From positions 1-33,801 of the forward strand of contig CAZIAJ010000001.1 in assembly GCA_964537565.1 (NCBI GenBank): DNA of 33,801 nucleotides, given 5' to 3'. Below are positions 1-9,944 of this stretch, in pieces. How positions within the stretch are numbered: position 1 is the first letter of the stretch; each line of letters starts with the position of its first letter. Under the pieces are notes generated by a model. That model was given only the letters and a program-made list of their open reading frames with translations. It searched no databases and had not been told where the DNA came from. Both the position numbers and the translations under genes were made by a program. The stretch comes from an uncultured Sulfurospirillum sp. Lineage in GTDB: Bacteria; Campylobacterota; Campylobacteria; Campylobacterales; Sulfurospirillaceae.

Positions 1-35
1 CTATACATATAATCATCCTTTTACTATTTTTTCTG

Positions 36-41
36 TATAAT
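36..41 (+). promoter_or_regulatory. Probable sigma70 -10 box of the aroQ operon
   Basis: Perfect TATAAT at 36-41 with T-rich upstream sequence and AAAGG RBS before the ATG at 68. Confidence 0.55.
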
Positions 42-67
42 ACCTAAATTTTATACAAAGGCAATTA

Positions 68-553
68 ATGAAAGTAGTAGTAATTCAAGGACCAAATTTA
101 AATCTTTTAGGACATCGTGAGCAAAACATCTATGGACCGATGAAACTTGAAGAGATTCACACACAGATGGAAGCAATCGCGAAACAAAACAATCTAGAAA
201 TAGAGTTTTTTCAATCAAACCTAGAGGGTGAGATAGTTGATCGTGTTCAAGAGTGTATTGGTGATGCTGATGGTATCATTATCAATCCAGCAGCATATAC
301 TCATACATCTATAGCTATCCGTGATGCAATAGCAGCAGCAGCTATGCCAACAGTTGAAGTTCATATTAGTAACATAAATAGAAGAGAAGAGTTTAGAGCA
401 AAATCTTTAACAGCTCCAGTTTGTACAGGACAGATTAGTGGTTTTGGACCATTTGGTTACCACTTAGCTATGATATCTATCACTCAAATTTTAGGTGAGA
501 TAGAGGCTCAAAAACAAGCACAAGCAGCAGCTCAGGCGAAAGCAGAAGCATAG
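68..553 (+). CDS. aroQ: Type II 3-dehydroquinate dehydratase
   Basis: [16 protein letters not shown], [16 protein letters not shown] and EVHISN motifs of DHQase II. Confidence 0.97.
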   Translation: MKVVVIQGPNLNLLGHREQNIYGPMKLEEIHTQMEAIAKQNNLEIEFFQSNLEGEIVDRVQECIGDADGIIINPAAYTHTSIAIRDAIAAAAMPTVEVHISNINRREEFRAKSLTAPVCTGQISGFGPFGYHLAMISITQILGEIEAQKQAQAAAQAKAEA

Positions 554-555
554 TA

Positions 556-1590
556 ATGAATTACATTTTAAAAGATGAAAACGCAGTCTATTATGAGTGT
601 GGTTTCTCTTGTGATAATGTAGTTTTTTTAAAACTTGGGAGTGAAGCTTTTTTTATTACTGACTCAAGGTATGATATAGAGGCAAATGAGAATATAAAAG
701 ATGCCGAAGTTATTATAACTGAGCGTCGTGATATGTTCCCAAAAGTACGTGAACTTATAAAAAATACAAAAATAAAAGAGCTTATTTTTAACCCTAATGA
801 GTGGAGTCTTCACGCTTATGAAGAGTTTACAAAAGATATAGACGATGTTGAGTTTAAAAGAGTACCAAACTTTTCCCAACAAAAGCGTATGATTAAGAGT
901 GAAGAAGAGCTTGATATTTTGAGACGTGCTTCACAAATTGGAGCAAGTGCATTTGATAGTTTTGCTAAGTATCTTAATGAGTCAGGTTTACATGTAAGTG
1001 AACAAAGGCTTCATTTTGAGGCAGAAAATATACTAAAAAACTATGGTGAATATGGACTTAGTTTTTCTCCAATTTTAGGAGTCAATAAAAATGCAGCAAA
1101 ATGCCATGCACTTCCACTTTTAGATACTTTAGATAGAGGAGACTTGATTCTTTTTGATGCTGGAGTAACTTATAAAAGGTACTGTTCAGATAGAACAAGA
1201 ACAGCTGAGTTCAACCAGAATCTAAATTTTAGTAAAACTCAAAAGTTCATCGATTCAAAGCGTCAAGAGATTTATGATATAGTTTTAAAATCTCAAGAAG
1301 CAGGAATTAAAAAAGTTAGAGCAGGTGTAAAAGCTTGTGAAGTTGATTTGGCTTGTAGAGAGGTGATAGATAAAGCTGGTTATGGTAAGTGGTTTATACA
1401 CTCAACAGGACATGGTGTTGGACTTGATATCCACGAATTGCCAGTTATCTCAAACAAAAGTGAAACAGTGCTTGAAGAGGGTATGGTTTTAACAGTTGAG
1501 CCAGGAATTTATCTACCAGAAGAGTTTGGTGTTCGTATAGAAGATACTCTTGTAGTTACAAGTGGTGAAGCTGAAGTTTTAGGTAGATAA
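556..1590 (+). CDS. Xaa-Pro aminopeptidase/dipeptidase (M24 family)
   Basis: FITDSRY N-domain motif; DAG...YCSDRTRT, HSTGHGVGLDIHE, TVEPGIY and GVRIED metal-binding motifs. Confidence 0.93.
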   Translation: MNYILKDENAVYYECGFSCDNVVFLKLGSEAFFITDSRYDIEANENIKDAEVIITERRDMFPKVRELIKNTKIKELIFNPNEWSLHAYEEFTKDIDDVEFKRVPNFSQQKRMIKSEEELDILRRASQIGASAFDSFAKYLNESGLHVSEQRLHFEAENILKNYGEYGLSFSPILGVNKNAAKCHALPLLDTLDRGDLILFDAGVTYKRYCSDRTRTAEFNQNLNFSKTQKFIDSKRQEIYDIVLKSQEAGIKKVRAGVKACEVDLACREVIDKAGYGKWFIHSTGHGVGLDIHELPVISNKSETVLEEGMVLTVEPGIYLPEEFGVRIEDTLVVTSGEAEVLGR

Positions 1591-2054
1591 TGCAGTTTTT
1601 TTATGATAGGTTTTTCCCAATCATAAAAAAACAGAATAGAAGCTTCAGGTATGAAGCAGTAGTAGGTATAGGTGGTAATGAAGGAGATGTGAGAAAGAGA
1701 TTTAGAAATCTTTACATGTATATGCAAAGAAATTCACTTATAAGCATAAGTGAAACTTCTCCAATCCTTCGTAATCCACCTTTTGGATATTTAGATCAAG
1801 ATGATTTTTATAATGCAGTTGTGCTTATTAGGACATCTTTAGGGCCAAAGACATTTTTAAAACTTCTTTTACATATAGAGAAGATATTTGGACGAAAAAG
1901 AAGTTTTAAAAATGCCCCAAGAACGCTTGATTTGGATCTTATATTTTATGAAAATATCAAAATCAAAAGTAAATTTTTGAGTGTTCCACATCCTTGTTGG
2001 AGCCAAAGAGAGTCAGTGGTTCTACCACTTTCAAAATTGAAAAGGAAGATATAG
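1590..2054 (+). CDS. folK: 2-amino-4-hydroxy-6-hydroxymethyldihydropteridine diphosphokinase (HPPK)
   Basis: GIGGN, QDDFYNAV, IEKIFGRKR, PRTLDLDL and VPHP motifs; usual position before flhF in Campylobacterota. Confidence 0.95.
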   Translation: MQFFYDRFFPIIKKQNRSFRYEAVVGIGGNEGDVRKRFRNLYMYMQRNSLISISETSPILRNPPFGYLDQDDFYNAVVLIRTSLGPKTFLKLLLHIEKIFGRKRSFKNAPRTLDLDLIFYENIKIKSKFLSVPHPCWSQRESVVLPLSKLKRKI

Positions 2055-3323
2055 GTGAAATTTTTGACTTTTAGTGCTGAAACACCAGCTGCTGCTTTGA
2101 AACAGGCTCAGATAGAGTGTGGCGAAGATGCTTTAGTGGTTAATACCAAACAAGTAAAGAAAAAGACGGTAAATGCACCTGCTATTTATGAAGTGGTTGT
2201 GGCTGTTGAAGATGCAAAGGTTGAACCAACTGTTCCCAAAAAACAGACATATCAAAGTAATGAAGATGTTCTTATCAATATCTCAGAAGCAGCAAAACAG
2301 ATATCTCAGATAGCCCAAGTTACTGAGGAATCACTACCTTCACGTCCAAAAACAAAAATATCTATAGAAGAGAAGAAAAAATCTAATGAAGATGTAGATG
2401 ATATAAAACAAGAGATAACAAAACTAGCAGATAAGATAAAACTTATACAAGAGATGTTTTGGGAAGAAAAAGCTCCTCAGCGTAATAACTTAGCAATCCC
2501 ACCAGAATTTTCTGAGATATATAAATTAGCAAAAACAAGTGGAATGGGAAGCAATCATCTTGAAAATATTATGAAACTCACTTTAGAGCATATGCCGACA
2601 AAAATGAGACACTCTAGTGAATCTGTAAGACGTTATTTTCAAGTTTTACTTAGAAAGATGGTCCCAGTTCGCCATGAGCGAGAAGTACCACGAGGAACAA
2701 AAAAGCTTGTTATGTTTGTGGGTCCCACAGGAGTTGGAAAAACAACAACCATTGCAAAACTTGCAGCTCGTTTTTCATATATAAAAGATAAGAGAGATAA
2801 AGTAGGTATTATAACACTAGATACTTATAGAATTGGAGCAGTTGAGCAACTTTTTCAATATGCTAAAATGATGAAATTACCTATTGAAGATGTGGTAGAT
2901 CCTGGTGATTTCAATAGTGCTTTACGTTCACTTTCTCATTGTAATGTGATTTTGATTGATACAGTTGGAAGTAGTCAATATGATAAAGATAAGTTAGCAA
3001 AACTTAATCAATTTATACAAAATAGTGAGTATGAGATAGATGTGAATTTAGTACTTTCAGCAGGTAGTAAACTTGAAGATTTAAGAGAGATATATAAAAA
3101 TTTCTCATTTTTAAATATTGATACACTTGTTTTTACAAAATTTGATGAAACTAAAGCTTTTGGAACAGTATTTTCTTTGATATATGATATAGATAGGCCT
3201 GTTAGTTATTTTTCTATTGGACAAGAAGTTCCAGATGATATAGTTGTGGCTAATAGTGACTTTTTGGTAGAGTGTATGTTAAATGGTTTTAAAAGGAAGC
3301 AAGATGCAAACTCAAGCAAATAA
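2055..3323 (+). CDS. flhF: Flagellar biosynthesis SRP-type GTPase FlhF (GTG start)
   Basis: GPTGVGKTTT P-loop, DTYRIGAVEQL, DTVG, TKFDE and GQEVPDD motifs. Confidence 0.97.
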   Translation: MKFLTFSAETPAAALKQAQIECGEDALVVNTKQVKKKTVNAPAIYEVVVAVEDAKVEPTVPKKQTYQSNEDVLINISEAAKQISQIAQVTEESLPSRPKTKISIEEKKKSNEDVDDIKQEITKLADKIKLIQEMFWEEKAPQRNNLAIPPEFSEIYKLAKTSGMGSNHLENIMKLTLEHMPTKMRHSSESVRRYFQVLLRKMVPVRHEREVPRGTKKLVMFVGPTGVGKTTTIAKLAARFSYIKDKRDKVGIITLDTYRIGAVEQLFQYAKMMKLPIEDVVDPGDFNSALRSLSHCNVILIDTVGSSQYDKDKLAKLNQFIQNSEYEIDVNLVLSAGSKLEDLREIYKNFSFLNIDTLVFTKFDETKAFGTVFSLIYDIDRPVSYFSIGQEVPDDIVVANSDFLVECMLNGFKRKQDANSSK

Positions 3324-4179
3324 ACTTCATAAACTTGTAAAAGATGGGCAAGCATCTATAAAAAAAGCAAAAAGAACAAAATATATAGCAATAACAAGTG
3401 GTAAGGGTGGCGTTGGCAAAAGTACACTTAGTGCAAATCTAGCAAATATGTTGGCTAAAAATGGGTATAGTGTAGGTCTTTTTGATGCTGATATTGGTTT
3501 AGCAAATTTAGATGTTATTTTAAATGTTAGAATAAATAAAAATATTTTACATGTATTAAAAGGAGAAGCTACACTTTCTGATATAATTGTAAACGTAAAG
3601 AAAAATCTTATACTCATTCCAGGTGAGAGTGGAGATGAAATCCTAAAGTATAATGATCAGTTTTTATATGAGAGGTTTTTTGAAGAGACAGAGATACTAG
3701 ATGACTTAGATTTTATGATTATAGATACTGGTGCTGGTATTGGTGGGCATACACAACTTTTTTTAGAAGCTAGTGATGAGGTTATAGTTGTAACTGTTCC
3801 GGACCCAGCAGCTATAACAGATGCATATGCTACAATAAAAGTAACAAGCAAAGTTAAATCTATGATACATCTTGTACTAAATATGACAAAAAGCACAAAA
3901 GAGTCTGAACTTATATATGAAAAAATTAGTAAAGTAGCCATTGCTAATATAGATGGATTGAATTTAAATTTACTTGGGAGACTTCCTGAAGATAAGATAA
4001 TTGCAAAGAGTATAAAACAACGAACTCTTTTTAGTGATGATGCTCCAAATGGAGTAGCTTCACATGAGCTTAAGAGAATAGTAAATAATCTTGTTTACAG
4101 ATTGGAACATAAAGTGCTTAAAGATGACGGAGATAGAGGTTTTGGTAGTTTTATAAAGAGTCTTATAGATAAGTTTTAG
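3304..4179 (+). CDS. flhG: MinD/ParA-family flagellar number regulator FlhG (FleN)
   Basis: SGKGGVGKS deviant Walker A, DADIGLAN, IDTGAGI, AITDAYA. Start moved from ORF-track 3283 to ATG 3304, which follows an AAGGAAG RBS. Confidence 0.94.
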   Translation: MQTQANKLHKLVKDGQASIKKAKRTKYIAITSGKGGVGKSTLSANLANMLAKNGYSVGLFDADIGLANLDVILNVRINKNILHVLKGEATLSDIIVNVKKNLILIPGESGDEILKYNDQFLYERFFEETEILDDLDFMIIDTGAGIGGHTQLFLEASDEVIVVTVPDPAAITDAYATIKVTSKVKSMIHLVLNMTKSTKESELIYEKISKVAIANIDGLNLNLLGRLPEDKIIAKSIKQRTLFSDDAPNGVASHELKRIVNNLVYRLEHKVLKDDGDRGFGSFIKSLIDKF

Positions 4180-4199
4180 AAAAAAGGTAGGATAAATCA

Positions 4200-4568
4200 G
4201 TGATAAGTCCAAATAATTTTATATATTTTTTTACTGTTTGTGGGTTTTTTATTGGTTTGATATTTACCATAATAAACTTTTCTATGCCAGAAGATATAGT
4301 TTTAGATACAGCTGAAATAACACTTTTCTTTTATCTTTTTATACATGTTGTAATTATGAATTTTATTGATATTAAACGTTTTGGAAATACTCTTTTTAAC
4401 AAAAAAGAGTATGAAGAGGTAAGCGAATATTTTATATCAGAGTTAGATACTAGAGAAAAAAGAATGGATTCACTTTTACTTGAAGTAGAAAAAATGAATA
4501 TCAAATATGAACAAGAATCAAAAAATCAAAAAAAGCAGAAAGTAGATGAGCATCAAAAAGCAGCCTAA
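4200..4568 (+). CDS. flgV: Two-TM flagellar motor-associated protein, probably FlgV
   Basis: Two hydrophobic segments then an acidic/basic tail; occupies the conserved flhG-X-fliA slot that holds flgV in Helicobacter/Campylobacter. Call rests mainly on synteny. Confidence 0.7.
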   Translation: MISPNNFIYFFTVCGFFIGLIFTIINFSMPEDIVLDTAEITLFFYLFIHVVIMNFIDIKRFGNTLFNKKEYEEVSEYFISELDTREKRMDSLLLEVEKMNIKYEQESKNQKKQKVDEHQKAA

Positions 4569-5253
4569 TCCATATAGTGCTCATATTAAAAAAGAGCAAG
4601 ATGCTTTAGTGTTGCAATATCTACCAGCAGTTCGTGCTTTAGCATATAGACTTAGAGAAAGACTACCAACATCAATAGATGTGAATGATTTGATCTCTAT
4701 TGGTACTGAAGAGATGATAAAATTATCTCGTAAGTATGATAAAGAACAAAATGATTCTTTTTGGGGTTATGGACGTCAACGTGTATATGGCTCTATGCTA
4801 GATTATTTAAGAAGCTTGGATGTTATGAGTAGGTCAAGCAGAAGACTTATAAAAAAAGTTGATAGAGAGATAGAAAAATATCTCTCACTATATGAAGAAG
4901 AGCCAACAAGTAAGTATCTTTCAGAACTTTTAGAAGAGAGTGTTGAGAAAATAGATGATGCTAGAAATGGTTATAAACTTATATCTTTAATGCCTATAAA
5001 TGAACAGATAACAATTTTAAGTGAAGATGATACATCAGAGATAGTTGAAAAAGATGAATTAATAAAGCTGATAAAAACAATTTTAAATAGATTTAAAGAG
5101 AGAGAACAGCTTATAATACAGCTCTATTACTTTGAAGAACTAAATCTTAAAGAGATTAGTGGTATACTTGGTATTAGTGAATCTAGAATTTCTCAGATTC
5201 ATAAAAAATTGTTGATAAAAATACAAGAAGAGTTAGGATTAAGAGATGGCTGA
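4546..5253 (+). CDS. fliA: RNA polymerase sigma-28 factor
   Basis: Region 2 DLISIG...YD...RVYGSMLDYLR; region 4 LYYFEELNLKEISGILGISESRISQIH. Confidence 0.96.
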   Translation: MSIKKQPNPYSAHIKKEQDALVLQYLPAVRALAYRLRERLPTSIDVNDLISIGTEEMIKLSRKYDKEQNDSFWGYGRQRVYGSMLDYLRSLDVMSRSSRRLIKKVDREIEKYLSLYEEEPTSKYLSELLEESVEKIDDARNGYKLISLMPINEQITILSEDDTSEIVEKDELIKLIKTILNRFKEREQLIIQLYYFEELNLKEISGILGISESRISQIHKKLLIKIQEELGLRDG

Positions 5254-6319
5254 TATACTAAGTCAAGAAGAGATTGACGCCCTTTTAGAAGTTGTTGAAG
5301 AAGATGGAGATACTGAGGCTGTTGAAGTTGGAGAAGATGGTGATGAACGCCAGATAATTCTTTATGACTTTAAACGACCAAATAGAGTATCAAAAGAGCA
5401 ACTTCGTGCAGTAAAAGGTATACATGATAAAATGGCAAGAAATCTTGCTGCTCAAATCTCTTCTATAATGCGTAGTATTGTAGAGATTCAGCTTCACTCT
5501 GTTGACCAGATGACTTATGGTGAGTTTCTTATGAGTCTTCCTAGTCCTACAAGTTTTAATGTTTTTTCTGTAAAACCACTCGATGGAAGTTGTGTTATAG
5601 AGATAAATCCATCTATCGCATTTCCAATGATAGATAGACTTTTAGGTGGTTTAGGCGAGTCTTTTGAATCAACAAGAGAGTTAACTGATATAGAGTTGAA
5701 TCTTCTTGATGCTATATTGAGAGTTATTATGCAAAGACTCAAAGAAGCATGGGGGCCGATTACAGAAATGTATCCTGTAGTTGAAACTAAAGAGTCTAGC
5801 CCCAATGTAGTTCAAGTTGTAAGCCAAAATGAGATTGTAATCATGGTTGTTATGGAGATTATCATAGGTAACTCAAGTGGTATGATAAACTTATGCTATC
5901 CTGTAATATATCTTGAGCCAATACTCTCACGTTTAGCAAATAGAGATATTATGCTTGGTGATACTAGTGCAAAGAAAAGTAGAAACAAAGAGTTAAATGC
6001 ACTTGTAGGACGTGCTGAAGTTTTTAACGAAGCCATTATAGGTGAAGCTGATTTAAGTGTTGGAGAGTTACTTGACTTGGAAGAGGGTGATGTTATAAGA
6101 CTTGACCGTGCTGCTGATGATAAGGCGATAGTATCTATAGACAAAAAGGCACTATTTTTAGCAGAGATTGGACTTCATAGATTTAGAAAATCTATTAAAC
6201 TTATAGAGTTGATAAAAACTGATAAAGATGAAGTTAAGCATACATTAGAGCAGTTAGAGATGACAAGAATGGAAAAAATATACTCTTCAAAAGATGAAGA
6301 TGTAGAAAGAGTAATATGA
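5246..6319 (+). CDS. fliM: Flagellar motor switch protein FliM
   Basis: LSQEEIDALL CheY-binding peptide, YDFKRP, IDRLLGG, RELTDIE, C-terminal SPOA domain. Confidence 0.98.
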   Translation: MADILSQEEIDALLEVVEEDGDTEAVEVGEDGDERQIILYDFKRPNRVSKEQLRAVKGIHDKMARNLAAQISSIMRSIVEIQLHSVDQMTYGEFLMSLPSPTSFNVFSVKPLDGSCVIEINPSIAFPMIDRLLGGLGESFESTRELTDIELNLLDAILRVIMQRLKEAWGPITEMYPVVETKESSPNVVQVVSQNEIVIMVVMEIIIGNSSGMINLCYPVIYLEPILSRLANRDIMLGDTSAKKSRNKELNALVGRAEVFNEAIIGEADLSVGELLDLEEGDVIRLDRAADDKAIVSIDKKALFLAEIGLHRFRKSIKLIELIKTDKDEVKHTLEQLEMTRMEKIYSSKDEDVERVI

Positions 6320-6335
6320 AAAGAGAGAAGTTAAA

Positions 6336-7193
6336 ATGACATCGGAATTTATAAAAATATTAGAAGATGAGATTGTTTCAACTATAGAAGGATTGACTGG
6401 TATAGCACCAACAGTCGAGCTTCATAGTGATGCAGTACCAGATAGTAAAACAACTCTATCTCCACCACTTGCAGCTTTAGAAGTTACTGTTAGTGGTGAT
6501 ATAGATGCAAAGATGCAAATCACTATTTCAGCAATTTTAGCTACAGCATTGGGAGATATGATGCTTGGTGGAGAGGGCATAGAGAAAGAAGAAATGGATG
6601 ATGATGACTTAGATGCAACTAAAGAGATAATGTCAAATATATTAGGCTCTCTTTCAACTGCTTTAAGTGGACAAAAATCAATGCCAAATTTAAGTTTTAA
6701 TGTTGATGATATAAGATATATAGAAGCAACAGGAGATGTTGATTTTGTAGGTTTTGCAAAGTTATTTGTATTTAATATGGGTATACAAAGCACTACTGAT
6801 AATATAGCTTTTGGAATTGATTCTACATTTGAAGCTACGTTGAGTGGGAAAAATGTAGATGAAAGTCTTGAAGAAGAAGCAATATCAAGTAATGAATCTG
6901 TTGAAACACAGCCTAGTTTAAGCAGTGAAGAGATGAAAAATATAGAGCTTATAAAAGACGTTAAACTTCCAATACGTGTTAGAATAGGCTCAAAAAGAAT
7001 GCTTCTAAAAGATGTTCTTAGTATGGATATAGGTTCAGTTATAGAGCTTGACCAACTTGCAAATGATCCTCTTGAAATTCTCGTTGGTGATAAAGTTATA
7101 GCTCAAGGTGAAGTTGTTATTATTGACGGTAATTTTGGTGTTCAGATAAGCGAAATTGGTACAAAAAGAGAACGTTTAGAAAAATTGAGGTAA
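6336..7193 (+). CDS. fliY: Flagellar motor switch protein FliY
   Basis: CheC-like N-domain (DMMLGG, EIMSN) and FliN-like C-terminus (GSVIELD...GEVVIIDGNFGVQI). Confidence 0.95.
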   Translation: MTSEFIKILEDEIVSTIEGLTGIAPTVELHSDAVPDSKTTLSPPLAALEVTVSGDIDAKMQITISAILATALGDMMLGGEGIEKEEMDDDDLDATKEIMSNILGSLSTALSGQKSMPNLSFNVDDIRYIEATGDVDFVGFAKLFVFNMGIQSTTDNIAFGIDSTFEATLSGKNVDESLEEEAISSNESVETQPSLSSEEMKNIELIKDVKLPIRVRIGSKRMLLKDVLSMDIGSVIELDQLANDPLEILVGDKVIAQGEVVIIDGNFGVQISEIGTKRERLEKLR

Positions 7194-7217
7194 TATCAAG
7201 AAAATTATAGTTTAAAA

Positions 7218-7226
7218 TGTTATAGT
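7218..7226 (+). promoter_or_regulatory. Possible extended -10 promoter of mnmA
   Basis: TG-T-TATAGT in the fliY-mnmA spacer, about 30 nt before the ATG. Confidence 0.4.
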
Positions 7227-7257
7227 TGTCGCTCAAAATAGATAAAAGAGAAAAATA

Positions 7258-8271
7258 ATGAAAATATTAGTAGCTATGAGTGGTGGAGTAGATTCTACTG
7301 TAACAGCATATAAGCTTAAAGAAGAGGGGCATACAATCGAAGGAGTCTATATGAGACTTCATAATGATGATTTAGCTCATGAGGAAAATATAAGAAAAGT
7401 TAAAAAAGTAGCAGATTTTTTGGATATCAAATATCATATACTTGACTTACGAGATAAATTTAATGATTTTGTTTATAATCCTTTCATTAATACTTATAAA
7501 GATGGTCTTACACCAAATCCATGTGTACTTTGCAATAGAAATATAAAACTTGGAGCTCTTATAGATTTTACAAAAGAGCTTGGTATGGATAAACTTGCAA
7601 CAGGACACTATATACAAATCAAAGATGGACTTTTAACTGAAGCTGTAGATCACACAAAAGATCAGAGTTATTTTTTAGCAAATGTAAAAAAAGAGAGTTT
7701 GAAAAGCGTACTATTTCCACTTGGTGATATGCTTAAAGTTGATGTGAAAAAATTTGCGCAAAATATAGAAGTTCTTAAAGAATTTTCAACTCAAAAAGAG
7801 AGTAGCGAAATCTGTTTTGTTCCTGATACTTATACAGAGATACTAAAAAAACATATGGACATAGATAAGCCAGGAAATGTGTTAAATCTTAAAGGTGAAA
7901 TAGTTGGAGAGCATAAAGGGTATATGCATTACACTATAGGAAAAAGAAAAGGTTTTACAGTTCATGGTGCACATGATGCACATTATGTTGTATCTATAAA
8001 TGCTTCTAAAAATGAGATTACTGTTGGGTTAAAAGATGATTTAAATATTAGTAAATTTAAAGTTAAAGATATAAATATGTTTATAGATGATAAAGAGTTT
8101 GAGTGCTCAGTAAAGATAAGATATAGAAGCCCAAAGAGTGAATGTAGTGTACATGTGAATGGCACAAATGCAAGTGTAAAACTTTATGGTCATGTCCAAG
8201 GCTTGGCTGCTGGACAGATGGCTGTTTTCTATAGAGATGACCAAGTAGTAGGTGGTGGTTGGATCGAGTAA
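7258..8271 (+). CDS. mnmA: tRNA 2-thiouridine(34) synthase
   Basis: SGGVDS PP-loop, [41 protein letters not shown] and GQxAVFY motifs. Confidence 0.97.
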   Translation: MKILVAMSGGVDSTVTAYKLKEEGHTIEGVYMRLHNDDLAHEENIRKVKKVADFLDIKYHILDLRDKFNDFVYNPFINTYKDGLTPNPCVLCNRNIKLGALIDFTKELGMDKLATGHYIQIKDGLLTEAVDHTKDQSYFLANVKKESLKSVLFPLGDMLKVDVKKFAQNIEVLKEFSTQKESSEICFVPDTYTEILKKHMDIDKPGNVLNLKGEIVGEHKGYMHYTIGKRKGFTVHGAHDAHYVVSINASKNEITVGLKDDLNISKFKVKDINMFIDDKEFECSVKIRYRSPKSECSVHVNGTNASVKLYGHVQGLAAGQMAVFYRDDQVVGGGWIE

Positions 8272-8281
8272 AAGAGAGATA

Positions 8282-8857
8282 ATGGAAAACAAAAAAAGAG
8301 TTCATTTTGGAAAAATCAATAAAAATAAGAATAATGCAGTATTTTTAGCAATTTATGTAAAAGATATAGCCCCTTGGAAATACTTTAAAGATGATATAAA
8401 GCATACAAGATGCCCAGCGGTTATAATGGTAGATAGATGGGATGGACGAATGGGTTTTCCTGGTGGTGGTATTAAAAATGGTGAGAGTCTTTTAGAAGCT
8501 TTAAAAAGAGAGATAAAAGAAGAAATTGGAATCACAGTAAGATTAGATAAAGTGCATCCTATAGCATCTCATGAATGGAAGATAGTAACTCATTTTTATG
8601 GTTTAGAAGTTAATGAGTTAGAGTTTTTACATATTTATTATCATATATTAAATAATTTTTCCCGTTCAATTTTACTTCATGCTTATGAAGAAGGGGATGA
8701 GTCACGTTTTATGTGTGAGACTACCGGTATCAAGATAGTTCCGATTATAGAACATAATAAGAAAGGAATCAATAAGTTTTTAGAAAACTCTTTTGCAGGA
8801 GCAACAAAACAAGATTTAAAAATATTTTTAAAAGAAATTTTACAATACACTAATTGA
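8282..8857 (+). CDS. Nudix hydrolase, NUDT16 (U8 snoRNA-decapping enzyme)-like
   Basis: Perfect Nudix box GGIKNGESLLEALKREIKEEIG; RWDGRMGFPGG, VTHFY and FLENSFAG segments resemble NUDT16. ATG 8282 preferred to GTG 8252, which lies inside mnmA. Confidence 0.85.
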   Translation: MENKKRVHFGKINKNKNNAVFLAIYVKDIAPWKYFKDDIKHTRCPAVIMVDRWDGRMGFPGGGIKNGESLLEALKREIKEEIGITVRLDKVHPIASHEWKIVTHFYGLEVNELEFLHIYYHILNNFSRSILLHAYEEGDESRFMCETTGIKIVPIIEHNKKGINKFLENSFAGATKQDLKIFLKEILQYTN

Positions 8858-8917
8858 AATTGATAATGAAACTCAATTATTAATGACGAATTAAGTTTTT
8901 ATTGATTATAATTCTCA
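8858..8917. promoter_or_regulatory. Two Fur-box-like operators plus sigma70 -10 upstream of the Fe(3+) ABC operon
   Basis: 7-1-7 sites TGATAAT-G-AAACTCA (8861-8875, within AATTGA...TCAATT) and TGATTAT-A-ATTCTCA (8903-8917); the second overlaps TATAAT at 8907-8912, with TTAAG at 8891-8895. Confidence 0.75.
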
Positions 8918-8936
8918 AAATTAAAAAGGAATTATA

Positions 8937-9944
8937 ATGATAAAAAAATTAGTACTAATTACTATTTTAGTATCTAGTATGGCATATGCAACTTCAGAGG
9001 TAAATGTCTACTCTCATAGACACTACGATTCAGACAAAAAATTGTTTAAAATGTTTGAAGAAAAAACAGGTATAAAAGTAAATATAGTAAATGCAAAAGC
9101 AAATGAGCTTATAAAAAGACTTGAAAAAGAGGGTAAAAACTCACCAGCAGATTTACTTATAACGGCTGATGTGGGAAGATTGTATCTTGCTGATCAAAAG
9201 GGACTTTTAAAAAGTGTAAACTCTGAGCTTTTAGAAAAAATTATTCCTGTAAATTTAAGAGATGAGTACAATAAATGGTTTGGACTAACAAAAAGAGCTA
9301 GAGTCATTGTTTATAATAAAGACAAAGTAAATCCAAGTGAACTCTCTACTTATGAAGATTTAACAACAGCAAAATGGCATAAAAAAATCTTAGTTAGAAA
9401 ATCATCAAACATATATAATCAATCTCTTCTAGCCTCTTTTATAGCTTCACAAGGCGAAAAAAAGGCAAAAGAGTGGGCGAAAGGCATAGTTAATAACATG
9501 GCAAGAACTCCTGCAGGAAGTGATAGAGACCAGATGAAAGCAGTTATTGCTGGTGTGGGTGATGTGGCTATTGTAAACACTTACTATGTGGGTAAACTTT
9601 TAAACTCAAAAAAGAAAAATGAAGTCTATGTAGGCAAGAAAATTGGAGTATTTTTTCCAAACCAAAATGGAAGAGGAACTCACGTAAATATCTCAGGAAT
9701 TGCTATGACAAAAAGTAGCAAAAACCAAGAAAACGCAGTTAAATTGATGGAGTTTTTAGTAAGCCCCAAAGCCCAAACTATTTTTGCCAATGCAAACTAT
9801 GAGTATCCTGTCAATCCAGCTGTAAAGCCTTCTAAACTCTTACAGTCTTGGGGAGAGTTTAAAGAGGATAAAACACCACTTTATAAATTTGGACAGTACA
9901 ATGCAGATGCAGTAAAGATTTTCAATGAAGTTAACTGGAAGTAA
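8937..9944 (+). CDS. Fe(3+) ABC transporter substrate-binding protein (FbpA/FutA type)
   Basis: Signal peptide; VNVYSHRHY, SPADLLITAD, YNQSLLA, NTYY iron-ligand tyrosines, GTHVNISG, NYEYP. Confidence 0.94.
   Translation: MIKKLVLITILVSSMAYATSEVNVYSHRHYDSDKKLFKMFEEKTGIKVNIVNAKANELIKRLEKEGKNSPADLLITADVGRLYLADQKGLLKSVNSELLEKIIPVNLRDEYNKWFGLTKRARVIVYNKDKVNPSELSTYEDLTTAKWHKKILVRKSSNIYNQSLLASFIASQGEKKAKEWAKGIVNNMARTPAGSDRDQMKAVIAGVGDVAIVNTYYVGKLLNSKKKNEVYVGKKIGVFFPNQNGRGTHVNISGIAMTKSSKNQENAVKLMEFLVSPKAQTIFANANYEYPVNPAVKPSKLLQSWGEFKEDKTPLYKFGQYNADAVKIFNEVNWK

Noticed and set aside
1-20. Start of a divergent minus-strand gene (AAGGA RBS at 20-16, ATG at 8-6)
   Set aside because: Plausible, but under three codons fall in the window, so it cannot be supported or identified.
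500-553. Ala/Gln-rich tail of AroQ (and the Lys/Glu/Ala-rich tail of the NuoC-like subunit) as repeats or special elements
   Set aside because: Low-complexity helical tails with no nucleotide-level repeat; unremarkable.
664-8535. Short antisense/alternative-frame ORFs in the left region (e.g. 664-882, 1509-1727, 3327-3617, 3657-3941, 5515-5805, 5896-6144, 6422-6793, 7983-8305, 8353-8535)
   Set aside because: They lie opposite well-supported genes, have Ser/Ile/Phe-rich shadow composition and no motifs.
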